IMG/VR virus record: IMGVR_UViG_3300033475_000125
Span: 1 to 27,818 of that record
DNA: 27,818 bases
Strand: one strand, 5' to 3'
Source of the DNA: a virus
Lineage: Duplodnaviria; Caudoviricetes
Of this stretch, positions 8,239 to 16,484 are shown one piece after another. Numbering within the stretch: the stretch's first letter is position 1; each line of letters begins with the position of its first letter. The notes under the pieces are model-generated. The model saw nothing but the letters and a program-made list of their open reading frames with translations. It searched no databases and was not told where the DNA came from. The translations under genes were made by a program, and so were the position numbers.

Positions 8239-8979
8239 TCACCGGGCGTTGCGCCGCTCCGCCGCCTGCTTGGCGTAGTACTCAACGAGCTGCTGCGTGG
8301 TCGCGGTGGCCTCATTGAAGGCCGCACGCGCCGTCCCGCCGCCTATGGGACGAATGGGCGGCGGCGCCTGGGTTGTCCGCCTGGCGCCCGCGGCAGGCGC
8401 CCCTGCTGGGGCCTTCTTTTCCATCGACGCCGCGAACCGGCCCAGCGCAATCGCCCGCGCCCGCTCGGTGCGGAGCCCGGCGATACGCTCCATCTCCTCC
8501 GGATCGTCGGCCAGCGCCGCGGCAACCGCGGGGCCGTCCGGCGTTTCAATGAGGAGCTGCGCGATCTGCGCGTCCGCGCCCATCTGCATGAGCGCGGCGC
8601 ATTTGTCCTGCCAGTCCGGATAGGACGCCCGGCCGGCTTCATGGAACCGGTCGGCCCGGTCCCGCTCCAACCGTTCGGCAACCTGCTGCTCGACCAGGCG
8701 CGGGATGTCCTCCGGCGTGACCGGAGACGGCTGGCGTGGGGCCTGGGTGCGGGTCCGTTCGAGCTCCGCCGCCAGCCGCGCCCGCTCTTGCTCGCCGGCC
8801 GACAGGCGCGCGGAGAGGGCCGCAATACGCCTATCGACACGGCTCGGCTTTGGCTGTTCGGTCTCGGTGGTCTCAGTCGCAGCGCCCGCATCGGCCGGCG
8901 CGGTGGCCTCCGTCTCAGTCGCAGCAGGTTCGGCCGCCGGTGCGGCCCCGCCCTGCGGGTCGGTGGTAGTATTGCTCAT
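8239..8979 (-). CDS. Capsid scaffolding protein
   Basis: Acidic low-complexity N-terminus, VDRRIA.L..R coiled-coil, C-terminal TQAPPPIRPIGG; upstream of coat. Confidence 0.8.
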   Translation of the reverse strand: MSNTTTDPQGGAAPAAEPAATETEATAPADAGAATETTETEQPKPSRVDRRIAALSARLSAGEQERARLAAELERTRTQAPRQPSPVTPEDIPRLVEQQVAERLERDRADRFHEAGRASYPDWQDKCAALMQMGADAQIAQLLIETPDGPAVAAALADDPEEMERIAGLRTERARAIALGRFAASMEKKAPAGAPAAGARRTTQAPPPIRPIGGGTARAAFNEATATTQQLVEYYAKQAAERRNAR

Positions 8980-9025
8980 GTTCGCGGGTTATCCGTTCTG
9001 TCCGTTGCTGACGGAGGACGTCGCC

Positions 9026-9430
9026 ATGGTTCGAGGGTTAGGAGATTTCCAACGCGCGCAGATCAAGCGCCGGGACGCTAGGATCGATCTGCTGTTCCAA
9101 CATCTGCACAACGCCCTGGATACGTTGCAGGACATTATGAGACGGCCGTACGAGCCACCGGCCCCGCCAACCGCGCCAGCCAGCGCGGCCCCAGCAAAGC
9201 CCGTGGCGGCGGTTGGTGAGCCGGCGGGCACCCTCCCGGAATATGCCACCATCAACCGATGGATCGAGATTTCCGGCATGAACCGCACAGCCATCTATGA
9301 GGCAATGAAGACCGGGGAGCTGAAGGCGATCAAGGTGCGCCGCCGCACTTTGATTGATGTCAAAGCCGGGCTGGCTTGGATGGGAGATCGCGTCTATTCG
9401 CCATCAGGCCGGATTCTCGGGCGTTACTAA
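9026..9430 (+). CDS. Excisionase/AlpA-like (HTH_17-type) DNA-binding protein, antisense in the head module
   Basis: ATG 9026 with ACGGAGG SD. C-terminal YATINRWIEISGMNRTAIYEAMKTGELKAIKVRRRTLID is an Xis-like winged HTH. Confidence 0.8.
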   Translation: MVRGLGDFQRAQIKRRDARIDLLFQHLHNALDTLQDIMRRPYEPPAPPTAPASAAPAKPVAAVGEPAGTLPEYATINRWIEISGMNRTAIYEAMKTGELKAIKVRRRTLIDVKAGLAWMGDRVYSPSGRILGRY

Positions 9431-9714
9431 GCGCGCCCGAGCTCGGGCTCAGGGGCGGGGAACTCGTCGCCCGGCGCGGATGCCTTGACCGGCGGGGCCA
9501 ACTCATCCGCGGCCGGCGTGTTGGCGACGACGGCGTTCGCCAGGGCATCGCCTTCATAGTTCAGGGCCGTAATGAGGTTGCCGAGGGCGGCCGGGTCGCC
9601 GGACGAGTTGGCGCGGTGGATATGGTGGGCGATGCCTTGCACCAGGGCACGGGCGGAGCCGAGCACGCTCGTCTCCTCTCCCACCGCGGTATGCAGGTGA
9701 GCGAGTATTGTCAT
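9427..9714 (-). CDS. Small helical phage protein
   Basis: AAGGA SD; DPAAL..L...L....DALANAVVANTPA motif. Stop overlaps the stop of the convergent gene. Confidence 0.65.
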   Translation of the reverse strand: MTILAHLHTAVGEETSVLGSARALVQGIAHHIHRANSSGDPAALGNLITALNYEGDALANAVVANTPAADELAPPVKASAPGDEFPAPEPELGRA

Positions 9715-9725
9715 GGTCTTATCCT

Positions 9726-11348
9726 TTACTGTTGGGAGGAGGTCGCCCCGGTCGCGGCGCCGCCGGCAAGCAGCCCGGCGATGCCGTACTTGCGCAGGAT
9801 GCCGATCGTCTTGGCGTCAAATACGACGTAATTGCGCGTCCCCGCGCCGCCTCCGCGCCGCGAGCCCTGGTCGAGATAGCGGATGCCCGGAATGCCGGCC
9901 TGATGCAGGGCCTGCGAGACAAGCGCCGCGGCCTGCGAAGGGTCCGGCTTGGTCGTGCCCACGTATTCGCCGCGCTGCTGCCTCACCATCCCCTGGTAGA
10001 GGCTTGAGCCGTCAGCCGCGTTGTCCCATGCGGTTGGGTAATTCTGCTTGGCGAAGGTTTGCACATTCGGCGGCAATTGGTCGCGCGGCGTGTCCCAATC
10101 CAGGAACGTCGCCGGGTCCGCCGCGATGTTGACCTGGTACATGTTGCCGGGGTTTGTTATCTGCGCGGTCGGCCCCGTTGGGTCGGCGAGCCGCGCCCTG
10201 ATCTCCGCCAACCGCTGGCGTCCCTGAGTATAAATTCGCGCACTCGACTCCGTCGTCGCCTTCGACAGCATCTTGGCAAAATTGGCGTCTTCCGCATCGA
10301 TCCCTTCGAGGGTCGCGCCTCTATCTCCGCCGAAACGGTCCAGATAGTAGGCGGCGCGGTGCGCGATATTGTCGTAATCGTATGGGCCGCCATCAAACTG
10401 AGGCGCAGCCAGCGCGTCCCGGTAGGACCGCGCCGTCCCCTCGTTCTCCGCGAAATAAAGCCCATGCCCATACGCCTGCGCGCCCTCCCCGGTGCCAACC
10501 GCATCGGTTGAGAACTGGTCGAACGAATGCGGCGAGCCGTGGTAAGCGGTGATCCCCGCCGGCTGCATATCCGCCAGCACCTTCATCGCTGCGCTGTCGA
10601 GCCCTAGACCGGGCGCCTGCGGCGTTGCGGCCCCGGTGGCTAGTGGGTTGGCCGCACCGGCCGGCGGCGGCTGTGGGGCCGCAGAGGAGGCATCGATCAA
10701 TCGTCTGAGATCAGCTCCGTTTCGAACCGTCTGGTAATCCCCATTGTAGGCAACGCCGGTTTCCGGCTGGCCGTTGACGATCTTCGCCAGTTGCCGCATT
10801 TGGGGATCTGTCGGTCGGCCTGCGATGTGAATATCGCCGTATGTGCTACCGGCCCCGATGCCGGCGTTAACCCGCGCGGCGCCAGTATCCGCCAGCATCG
10901 CATTAACGCCATCATCCCCGAAACCGTAGCCCAGCGTATTGGCAATATACTCGTGTGTATTGTCGCCGGTTCCTAACAGTCTGCCATCAGGCAAGACATA
11001 CTTTGCCTCGCTAGGGTCACGGGGATTGAAAAACTTGCGACGCTGCGCATCGGTGATCTGCCGGAATATCGGCGCCTTCATCTCTGGGGCCGTCGTGCCC
11101 ATCAGCAGGCCGCCCGCCGTCTGCCGCGCGGCGTCGAGATATCCCGCCTGCGTTGGCCAGCCCGTCGATGGGTCAATCGTTCCTGCGGCAATACCAGCAG
11201 CCTTTTGCTGCGCTACCCAATCACTATACGCCTTGGCGTTGGCAGTCCAGGCGTCCGCCAGCGTGGGAGCTCCGGCCGCCAGCGGGTTGCCGGAAAGCTG
11301 GTTCGGATCGAACGGGCTGGGCGGCGCGAGGAGGTTTGTCCCGCTCAT
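9726..11348 (-). CDS. Multidomain protein with C-terminal ADP-ribosyltransferase-like (ART-PolyVal-like) domain
   Basis: AYHGSPHSFDQF...GTGEGAQAYGHGLYFAE...NMYQVNI...FLDWD...AGIPGIRYLDQGSR...NYVVFD. ATGA-coupled to the portal gene. Confidence 0.75.
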   Translation of the reverse strand: MSGTNLLAPPSPFDPNQLSGNPLAAGAPTLADAWTANAKAYSDWVAQQKAAGIAAGTIDPSTGWPTQAGYLDAARQTAGGLLMGTTAPEMKAPIFRQITDAQRRKFFNPRDPSEAKYVLPDGRLLGTGDNTHEYIANTLGYGFGDDGVNAMLADTGAARVNAGIGAGSTYGDIHIAGRPTDPQMRQLAKIVNGQPETGVAYNGDYQTVRNGADLRRLIDASSAAPQPPPAGAANPLATGAATPQAPGLGLDSAAMKVLADMQPAGITAYHGSPHSFDQFSTDAVGTGEGAQAYGHGLYFAENEGTARSYRDALAAPQFDGGPYDYDNIAHRAAYYLDRFGGDRGATLEGIDAEDANFAKMLSKATTESSARIYTQGRQRLAEIRARLADPTGPTAQITNPGNMYQVNIAADPATFLDWDTPRDQLPPNVQTFAKQNYPTAWDNAADGSSLYQGMVRQQRGEYVGTTKPDPSQAAALVSQALHQAGIPGIRYLDQGSRRGGGAGTRNYVVFDAKTIGILRKYGIAGLLAGGAATGATSSQQ

Positions 11349-13504
11349 TGCATCATCGGCGCCGGTTGCGCCTGCGCCTGGTCAGGCGGCGGTTGCAGCG
11401 ACTGCTCGATGCCCGCGTGGCCTTGGAGGACCGGAACCAACGGCGTGCCCAGCATCTGCTCGACCATTTGCCGGACGATGATCTGCAACGAGGTCTGGTC
11501 AATGTTGCCAACCGCCGCCAGGCGCCGCGTTTCGGCGTCATAATCCTTGATCGCCAGCTCGCCCGCGCGGTCCTTCGCCTCTTCCTTCATCCGCACGATC
11601 TCCGCCTTGAGCCGCGCCACCTCGGCGTCCGCCTGGCCCAGGATCTGCCGCGCCTGCTGGCTTTGCTGCTGCATGGCCTGTTGGAGCTGGGCAACCTGCG
11701 GCGGCGGCCCGGGCTGGTATTGCGGCGGCAGGCCCCGCTTGAGCCGGTCGGCCAATTCGTCCGCGCCCGGGAAATCGGCGTTCGCGGCCCAAAAATCACC
11801 GACGATGGGAAACGCCTGCTGGTTCTGCGCGAGGATCTGGCTGAAGGCGTTAAACGCCTCCTCCCGCCGCGTCCCGAACGACGGCCCGACATCCGCCTCT
11901 ACATCGTAGCGCCCGACCGACGGGTTGAAGATCACCCGCGGGTCCGGCTGGTTCGGGTCCGCGGTTGCAGCGTCCGCCTGCTGCGGCGTGACCGGCTGCG
12001 GCCCGTTCGGCCCCATAATGACGTGCTGGTGCGCGTTCGGCGCGTTCGGAACCAACGCAATGTCGGCGTCGGTCCCGTCCTCCGCCATAATCTTCATCAC
12101 CCGCGCGGTGTCATAGACCTTCGGTATCAGGTCGAGGACGATACGACCGACCTGGCGTATTCCTTTCGCCTGGTTATCGATGTAGTGGTATACCGCGTTG
12201 TCGCCCTGGCGCTGCCGCTGGGAGATGGCGGTGCCCGAAACCTCGTTGCCGTTGGCTCCGACCATCGCTTGATACTGGCCCGAGACCATCATCATGTCGT
12301 CCCGGGCGAGCTGCATGCCTTCGATGTAGGCTTGCGCCATGACCGGAGGCTGCGACCGCTCCGGCGGCGCGATGGGCTGGCCGGTATCGTCAAGGTCGTT
12401 GTAGACCAGCACGGACTTGTTCACCAGGTTAGCCACAAACCAGTCCGGGTAGCCCTCGACGGCGCGGGCGGAGGCGATATACGGCGCCTTGCTTTGCAGG
12501 GCGACGTGCTCAACCGCGGAGCTCGACCAATAGTTATACATCCGCTGGGCGTCTATCAGCGCCCGCGTGTGGCCCTTGCGGTCCATCTGGTTGTCGATCA
12601 CCACCTCTTCGCCGATGAACGGGACGATGGGGATGTACTTACCCGGCCAGACCTTCCTCTCTTCGATCCGGTTGCCGACAATGCGAAACCACTCGATCTC
12701 CGGCTCCGCCACGTCGCGCGACCGCACTACCTGCGGCTTGATCTTGGCCAGGTCCTCCGCCGAAAGGTCGCCCTCGCGAAGCACGGTGCCGTCCGGCATC
12801 TCATGCAGCGTCTCGGTGGCCTCGTTCCGGCGCCAGTATTCGGCCTCCCGAACATGGTCGCGGTCATTCCAGCCGTCCGTATGCTCCAACGCGGCCGGAG
12901 CGGGCATATCGCCCTCCCCATGCTTGGCTTCATAGGCGTCCCGCGGCTCATCGTTGAAGACGAAACCAAAATTCATGTCGGCTTTGTCATATTCCCGCGC
13001 ATCCGGGTCCAGATAGACCGTGTTCGGATTGGCGATGCGGCGGATGAAGATTTCCTGCTCGAAGCTATCTTCGTCCGCATAGTCGGTCACGACCCGGACG
13101 TAGCCCACGCCGGTCTCAACCTGGTGGAAAATGGCGGTAGAATAGGCGTCCGTCGCCTTCGACTGGTATTCGATGCGCCGGACAATCCCCGAGAACACCT
13201 CGGCCGCCTCGAACGTCGCCCGGCCGCCAACCGGCGTGACCTTGATCGCCGCCTTGTGCTGGCGGGCGTCGTTGATGATCTGCAAATTGTGCTGCCGCAC
13301 CTTGTTCATCGTCAGGCACGGCCGGTCACCGCGCGCGGCCCGGACGCCCTGATCCCATTGGTCGCCGTTGAGCGCGTCGCCGTTGGCGAATTTGGCGTCA
13401 TGCAAGGCGTTCGCCCGGGCCGTCGCCTCCCAGGTCACGCAACGCTCGAAACGCGCCTTGGCTTCCTTGAGGATATCCTCGTCGGTCTCGTCCCTGCGCG
13501 CCAT
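11345..13504 (-). CDS. Portal protein (P22 gp1 family)
   Basis: 719 aa; RPCLTMNK, GKYIPIVPFIGEE, DAQRMYNYWSS, GRYDVEADVGPSF.TRREEA; Q-rich C-terminal barrel. Confidence 0.95.
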   Translation of the reverse strand: MARRDETDEDILKEAKARFERCVTWEATARANALHDAKFANGDALNGDQWDQGVRAARGDRPCLTMNKVRQHNLQIINDARQHKAAIKVTPVGGRATFEAAEVFSGIVRRIEYQSKATDAYSTAIFHQVETGVGYVRVVTDYADEDSFEQEIFIRRIANPNTVYLDPDAREYDKADMNFGFVFNDEPRDAYEAKHGEGDMPAPAALEHTDGWNDRDHVREAEYWRRNEATETLHEMPDGTVLREGDLSAEDLAKIKPQVVRSRDVAEPEIEWFRIVGNRIEERKVWPGKYIPIVPFIGEEVVIDNQMDRKGHTRALIDAQRMYNYWSSSAVEHVALQSKAPYIASARAVEGYPDWFVANLVNKSVLVYNDLDDTGQPIAPPERSQPPVMAQAYIEGMQLARDDMMMVSGQYQAMVGANGNEVSGTAISQRQRQGDNAVYHYIDNQAKGIRQVGRIVLDLIPKVYDTARVMKIMAEDGTDADIALVPNAPNAHQHVIMGPNGPQPVTPQQADAATADPNQPDPRVIFNPSVGRYDVEADVGPSFGTRREEAFNAFSQILAQNQQAFPIVGDFWAANADFPGADELADRLKRGLPPQYQPGPPPQVAQLQQAMQQQSQQARQILGQADAEVARLKAEIVRMKEEAKDRAGELAIKDYDAETRRLAAVGNIDQTSLQIIVRQMVEQMLGTPLVPVLQGHAGIEQSLQPPPDQAQAQPAPMMQ

Positions 13505-13734
13505 CAGTCGCTGTCCAGCAGCCGCTCATAGCCGCGCCGGGCCGCCTCTGCCGTGATCTTGCCGCGCGCCTGCTGCACCGCGATCTCCGCGGCGCCACCG
13601 TCCCGCATTCGCATCGACTGGCGGAGGAACGTCACCAGCGCACCGAACGCCTGCGCGGCATCCACTAACCGGTCGATATCCTGCTGGGTCGCCTCGCGCA
13701 CCGCATCGATCGTTACGTCGTAATAGCGTGGCAT
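13504..13734 (-). CDS. Hypothetical protein between terL and portal
   Basis: 76 aa ORF filling the gap, TGATG-coupled to the portal. Confidence 0.6.
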   Translation of the reverse strand: MPRYYDVTIDAVREATQQDIDRLVDAAQAFGALVTFLRQSMRMRDGGAAEIAVQQARGKITAEAARRGYERLLDSD

Positions 13735-13735
13735 C

Positions 13736-15124
13736 CTAGGCCCCCATCCAACCGGCGTTACCGCCGCCTCCGGCGGTCACCAGGCGCACCGGGCGCGCAA
13801 GCCCGGGCTTTGGCGCCACGGTCTCACGCAGGCCCATAGCGAGGCAGCGGAACGCATCGGCCCCGTGGCTCGACCAGTCATGCACCGGCACATCCTTATA
13901 AATTCCCAGGCGGTCATTGAAGTCACGCCGGTAGTGCGCCAGGCACTCCCGCCCGCGCTCCGTCCGTTCGCGGTCAAACCAGCAACGGCCCAGCAGCATC
14001 TTCGCCGCGTTGATCCCGTCATCGACCTCTTGCCGCGGCAACACCCGGACCTTCCGGCCGTTGTTGCGCAATTGCTCCTCCCGGGTCTTGCCGGTCCCGA
14101 GCTCGCGCGCACCCGCGTCGTGCGGCAGCAGATCGTAAGTATATCTGTATGGGCGACTGTCGAGCCATTGGACGTAGTGCGGCAACGCCTCGCCGGTCGC
14201 CTCGTAGTAATCGATGATATGGACCTCACGCCCAACCACCTGGGCGCACCAGATTGCGGTGGCGTCGCCTATCCCGAGGTCCCACGCCGTCCAAACCGGA
14301 ACCGCCGGATCATACGGGACGCCGCAAAGCCGCCCCTGGTCCTCAACGCCCGCCAACTCTTGGCGATAAATTGCCCCGCGGATCGCAGCATCAAACGAGC
14401 ACTCCAATTCCTGGTCGTATTGATCCGCCGACATCATCCGCCGCATGTCGGCGAGTTCGGCCTCCGGCAGCAGCCCGCTTAGGCTCGCCTTCAGGGTCAA
14501 CGTGTACCAGTCCGGATCGCCTAGGGCGGCCTGGTGGATACGATGGAAATGGTTCCGGCCCTTCGGCGTCCCAATGAACGTGGCCCAGCCACCGCGATCC
14601 GCCAGCGACGGGCGAATGACCTCCGGCCAGGCGGACGGATGCATGTCGCCATACTCATCGAGGACAACGCCGTCGTTGTATCCGCCGCGGAGCCGGTCAT
14701 AGTTGTCGGCCCCGTAGAGCCGCACCCGGGCCGCGTTGGGCATCACCACCATGAGCTCCGACTCACGCTGCTCAATCCCGGGGATCGGCGCGGTGAACCG
14801 TTTCAAGTAGCTCCAAGCAACGTCTTTCGACTGCGCATAGGTCGGCGAGAGGTAGGCGAACCGGCCGGCCGGCTTGTCACACCGCAGCGCCGCGTCAACG
14901 AGATCCATCACGCAGGCCACCGTCTTGCCGCCGCGGCGGTGGACCACCAGGGAGGCCCAGCGCTGCCGGCGGGCGTGGAACGGCAGGAACGCCGGCCGGG
15001 CCGTGTAGCCCAGGTTAATCCGGGTCGGTCCCGGTCCCGGTGAGGATGGCGTATCCTTCGAGGTCTGCCGCGCGCGGGACGCCCGTGACGAGGATCGCCC
15101 CGCCGTTCGCGCCTGTGTGCTCAT
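13736..15124 (-). CDS. terL: Terminase large subunit (start uncertain)
   Basis: Walker A HRRGGKT, Walker B VVLDEY, GTPKG, nuclease WDLG..D, HDWSSHGADAFR. Confidence 0.93.
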   Translation of the reverse strand: MSTQARTAGRSSSRASRARQTSKDTPSSPGPGPTRINLGYTARPAFLPFHARRQRWASLVVHRRGGKTVACVMDLVDAALRCDKPAGRFAYLSPTYAQSKDVAWSYLKRFTAPIPGIEQRESELMVVMPNAARVRLYGADNYDRLRGGYNDGVVLDEYGDMHPSAWPEVIRPSLADRGGWATFIGTPKGRNHFHRIHQAALGDPDWYTLTLKASLSGLLPEAELADMRRMMSADQYDQELECSFDAAIRGAIYRQELAGVEDQGRLCGVPYDPAVPVWTAWDLGIGDATAIWCAQVVGREVHIIDYYEATGEALPHYVQWLDSRPYRYTYDLLPHDAGARELGTGKTREEQLRNNGRKVRVLPRQEVDDGINAAKMLLGRCWFDRERTERGRECLAHYRRDFNDRLGIYKDVPVHDWSSHGADAFRCLAMGLRETVAPKPGLARPVRLVTAGGGGNAGWMGA

Positions 15125-15437
15125 GCAGTAAAGGGTCTTTCCAACCGGCGCGGCATTTCAGCCAAAAGATTGCAGCCGCAACATTCTCGCCTTTTGTTGC
15201 CATGTTATGCAGCGACTGCGCGACCGCGGCATTGGCCTCAATCGCCGCGGTATCGAGCTCCCGGCGGAACTTCTCGCGCAGCGTCCCGTCGTGAATACCC
15301 ATGATCCGGGCGATATCGTCCTGTTTGGTGCCGTATCCCGCCAACGCCTTGACTGTCGCGCGGTCCTTTTCGGACGGCTCGTACCGCGGCCGACCGGGCG
15401 GCCGACCTGTGTTTTTCCGAGGCACCGGTCGGCTCAC
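15015..15437 (-). CDS. terS: Terminase small subunit
   Basis: GRPRYEP....R..V..LAGYG....DIA..., L...F..EL, AAAIFWLK.RAGWK, EHTG.NGGAI; directly upstream of terL. Confidence 0.8.
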   Translation of the reverse strand: MSRPVPRKNTGRPPGRPRYEPSEKDRATVKALAGYGTKQDDIARIMGIHDGTLREKFRRELDTAAIEANAAVAQSLHNMATKGENVAAAIFWLKCRAGWKDPLLHEHTGANGGAILVTGVPRAADLEGYAILTGTGTDPD

Positions 15438-15470
15438 CCTACACTGGTGTGTTACTTAGCCAGAATGACT

Positions 15471-15506
15471 TTGCATCACCTGATATCGCATGGCACTTTG
15501 ATATCG
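15471..15506 (+). promoter_or_regulatory. Putative promoter with two TGATATCG repeats upstream of the DUF3489-like gene
   Basis: TTGCAT at 15471; TGATATCG at 15481 and 15499; GAGGA SD before ATG 15541. Confidence 0.45.
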
Positions 15507-15540
15507 GCAGCATCGCCAAGGCAGAAACGAGGACTAACCC

Positions 15541-16296
15541 ATGTCACGCACTTCGAAAGTCACCCGCGCCCTGATCACCCGGAAGGCGAAGGCCCCGGCC
15601 AAGCCGGCCAAGCGCGCGGACGCCCGCACCGCCAAGAAGGCCCCGGCTCCCGCCAAGCGGGCCAAGAGCTCCGAGCTCGCCGGCCTGGTCGCCCAGGTCG
15701 AGCAGGGCTGGGATACCCTCCCGGCCGCGCCGGTTGCGGTCACCGACAAGCAGCGCGCGGTCCTCCGCGCCCTGCTGCACAACGTCTTTCATGACGCCAC
15801 GCCGCTCGACGCCCGCGCCGAGGTCCAGGTTTGGGCCAACCTGATCAACGACAGCGAGGCGCCCTCCGGCATCGAGGGCAAGGCCCTCGGCGCGATCATA
15901 GCCTCCCTGGTCAAGCGGGAGCTCGTCTCGACGGACGGCGAGGGCATCTGCCTGACGCTCGCCGGGCACGCCACCGCGATGGAGGGCGAGCCGGAGCCCG
16001 CGCCGAAGGTCGCGGCGAAGGCGAAGGCAACGGCCCCGGTCGTTCAGCCGACCGATGCGAAACCCGCGGCGGTAGAGGCCGAGCCGAACTGGCAGACCGG
16101 CAAGGCCCGCGCGAAGATCATCAACGCCTGCGCGCGGCCGGAGGGCGCCACGTCGAAGGAATTGTTCGAGATCACCACCTGGAAATACGCAAGCTGGCCG
16201 CACCAGCTCCGCCTGGCGGCAAAGACCACCGGCTGGTCGCCGGAGGTCCGCAAGGTTGACGGGCGCACCCGCTACTTCCTGGTCGAGCCGGCGTAG
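15541..16296 (+). CDS. DUF3489-like double winged-helix protein with Lys/Ala/Pro-rich N-terminal tail
   Basis: C-terminal AKIINACARPEGATSKELFEITTW...RKVDGRTRYFL; central TDKQRAVLRAL...IIASLVKRELV...LTLAG wHTH. Confidence 0.75.
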   Translation: MSRTSKVTRALITRKAKAPAKPAKRADARTAKKAPAPAKRAKSSELAGLVAQVEQGWDTLPAAPVAVTDKQRAVLRALLHNVFHDATPLDARAEVQVWANLINDSEAPSGIEGKALGAIIASLVKRELVSTDGEGICLTLAGHATAMEGEPEPAPKVAAKAKATAPVVQPTDAKPAAVEAEPNWQTGKARAKIINACARPEGATSKELFEITTWKYASWPHQLRLAAKTTGWSPEVRKVDGRTRYFLVEPA

Positions 16297-16307
16297 GAGG
16301 GCCGGCC

Positions 16308-16484
16308 ATGTTCGACCGTCCCCTCTCACTGCGCGACGGAGTCGCGCAGCCCGGCCCCTCAATTTGGGCCATGATCGCCGGCCGCTTTGGAGCCATCCCG
16401 ATGGTGCTGACGTTCGTCCTCGTTTCTATCGCCGCCGTCGCGCTTGCCTTCGAGGTCCTTTACGCCCTCTCCAAGCTGGCCTGA
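16308..16484 (+). CDS. 58-aa putative membrane protein
   Basis: Below the ORF-track cutoff; AGGAGG SD; MFDRPLSLRDGVAQPGPSIWAMIAGRFGAIPMVLTFVLVSIAAVALAFEVLYALSKLA. Confidence 0.6.
   Translation: MFDRPLSLRDGVAQPGPSIWAMIAGRFGAIPMVLTFVLVSIAAVALAFEVLYALSKLA

Noticed and set aside
8015-8242. Minus-strand ORF starting at the scaffold stop (GTGA)
   Set aside because: It translates the DNA repeat array and the shadow of the + strand gene; not protein-like.
11153-13531. 792-aa + strand ORF
   Set aside because: Antisense shadow of the portal gene; R/L/V/H-rich composition and no motifs.
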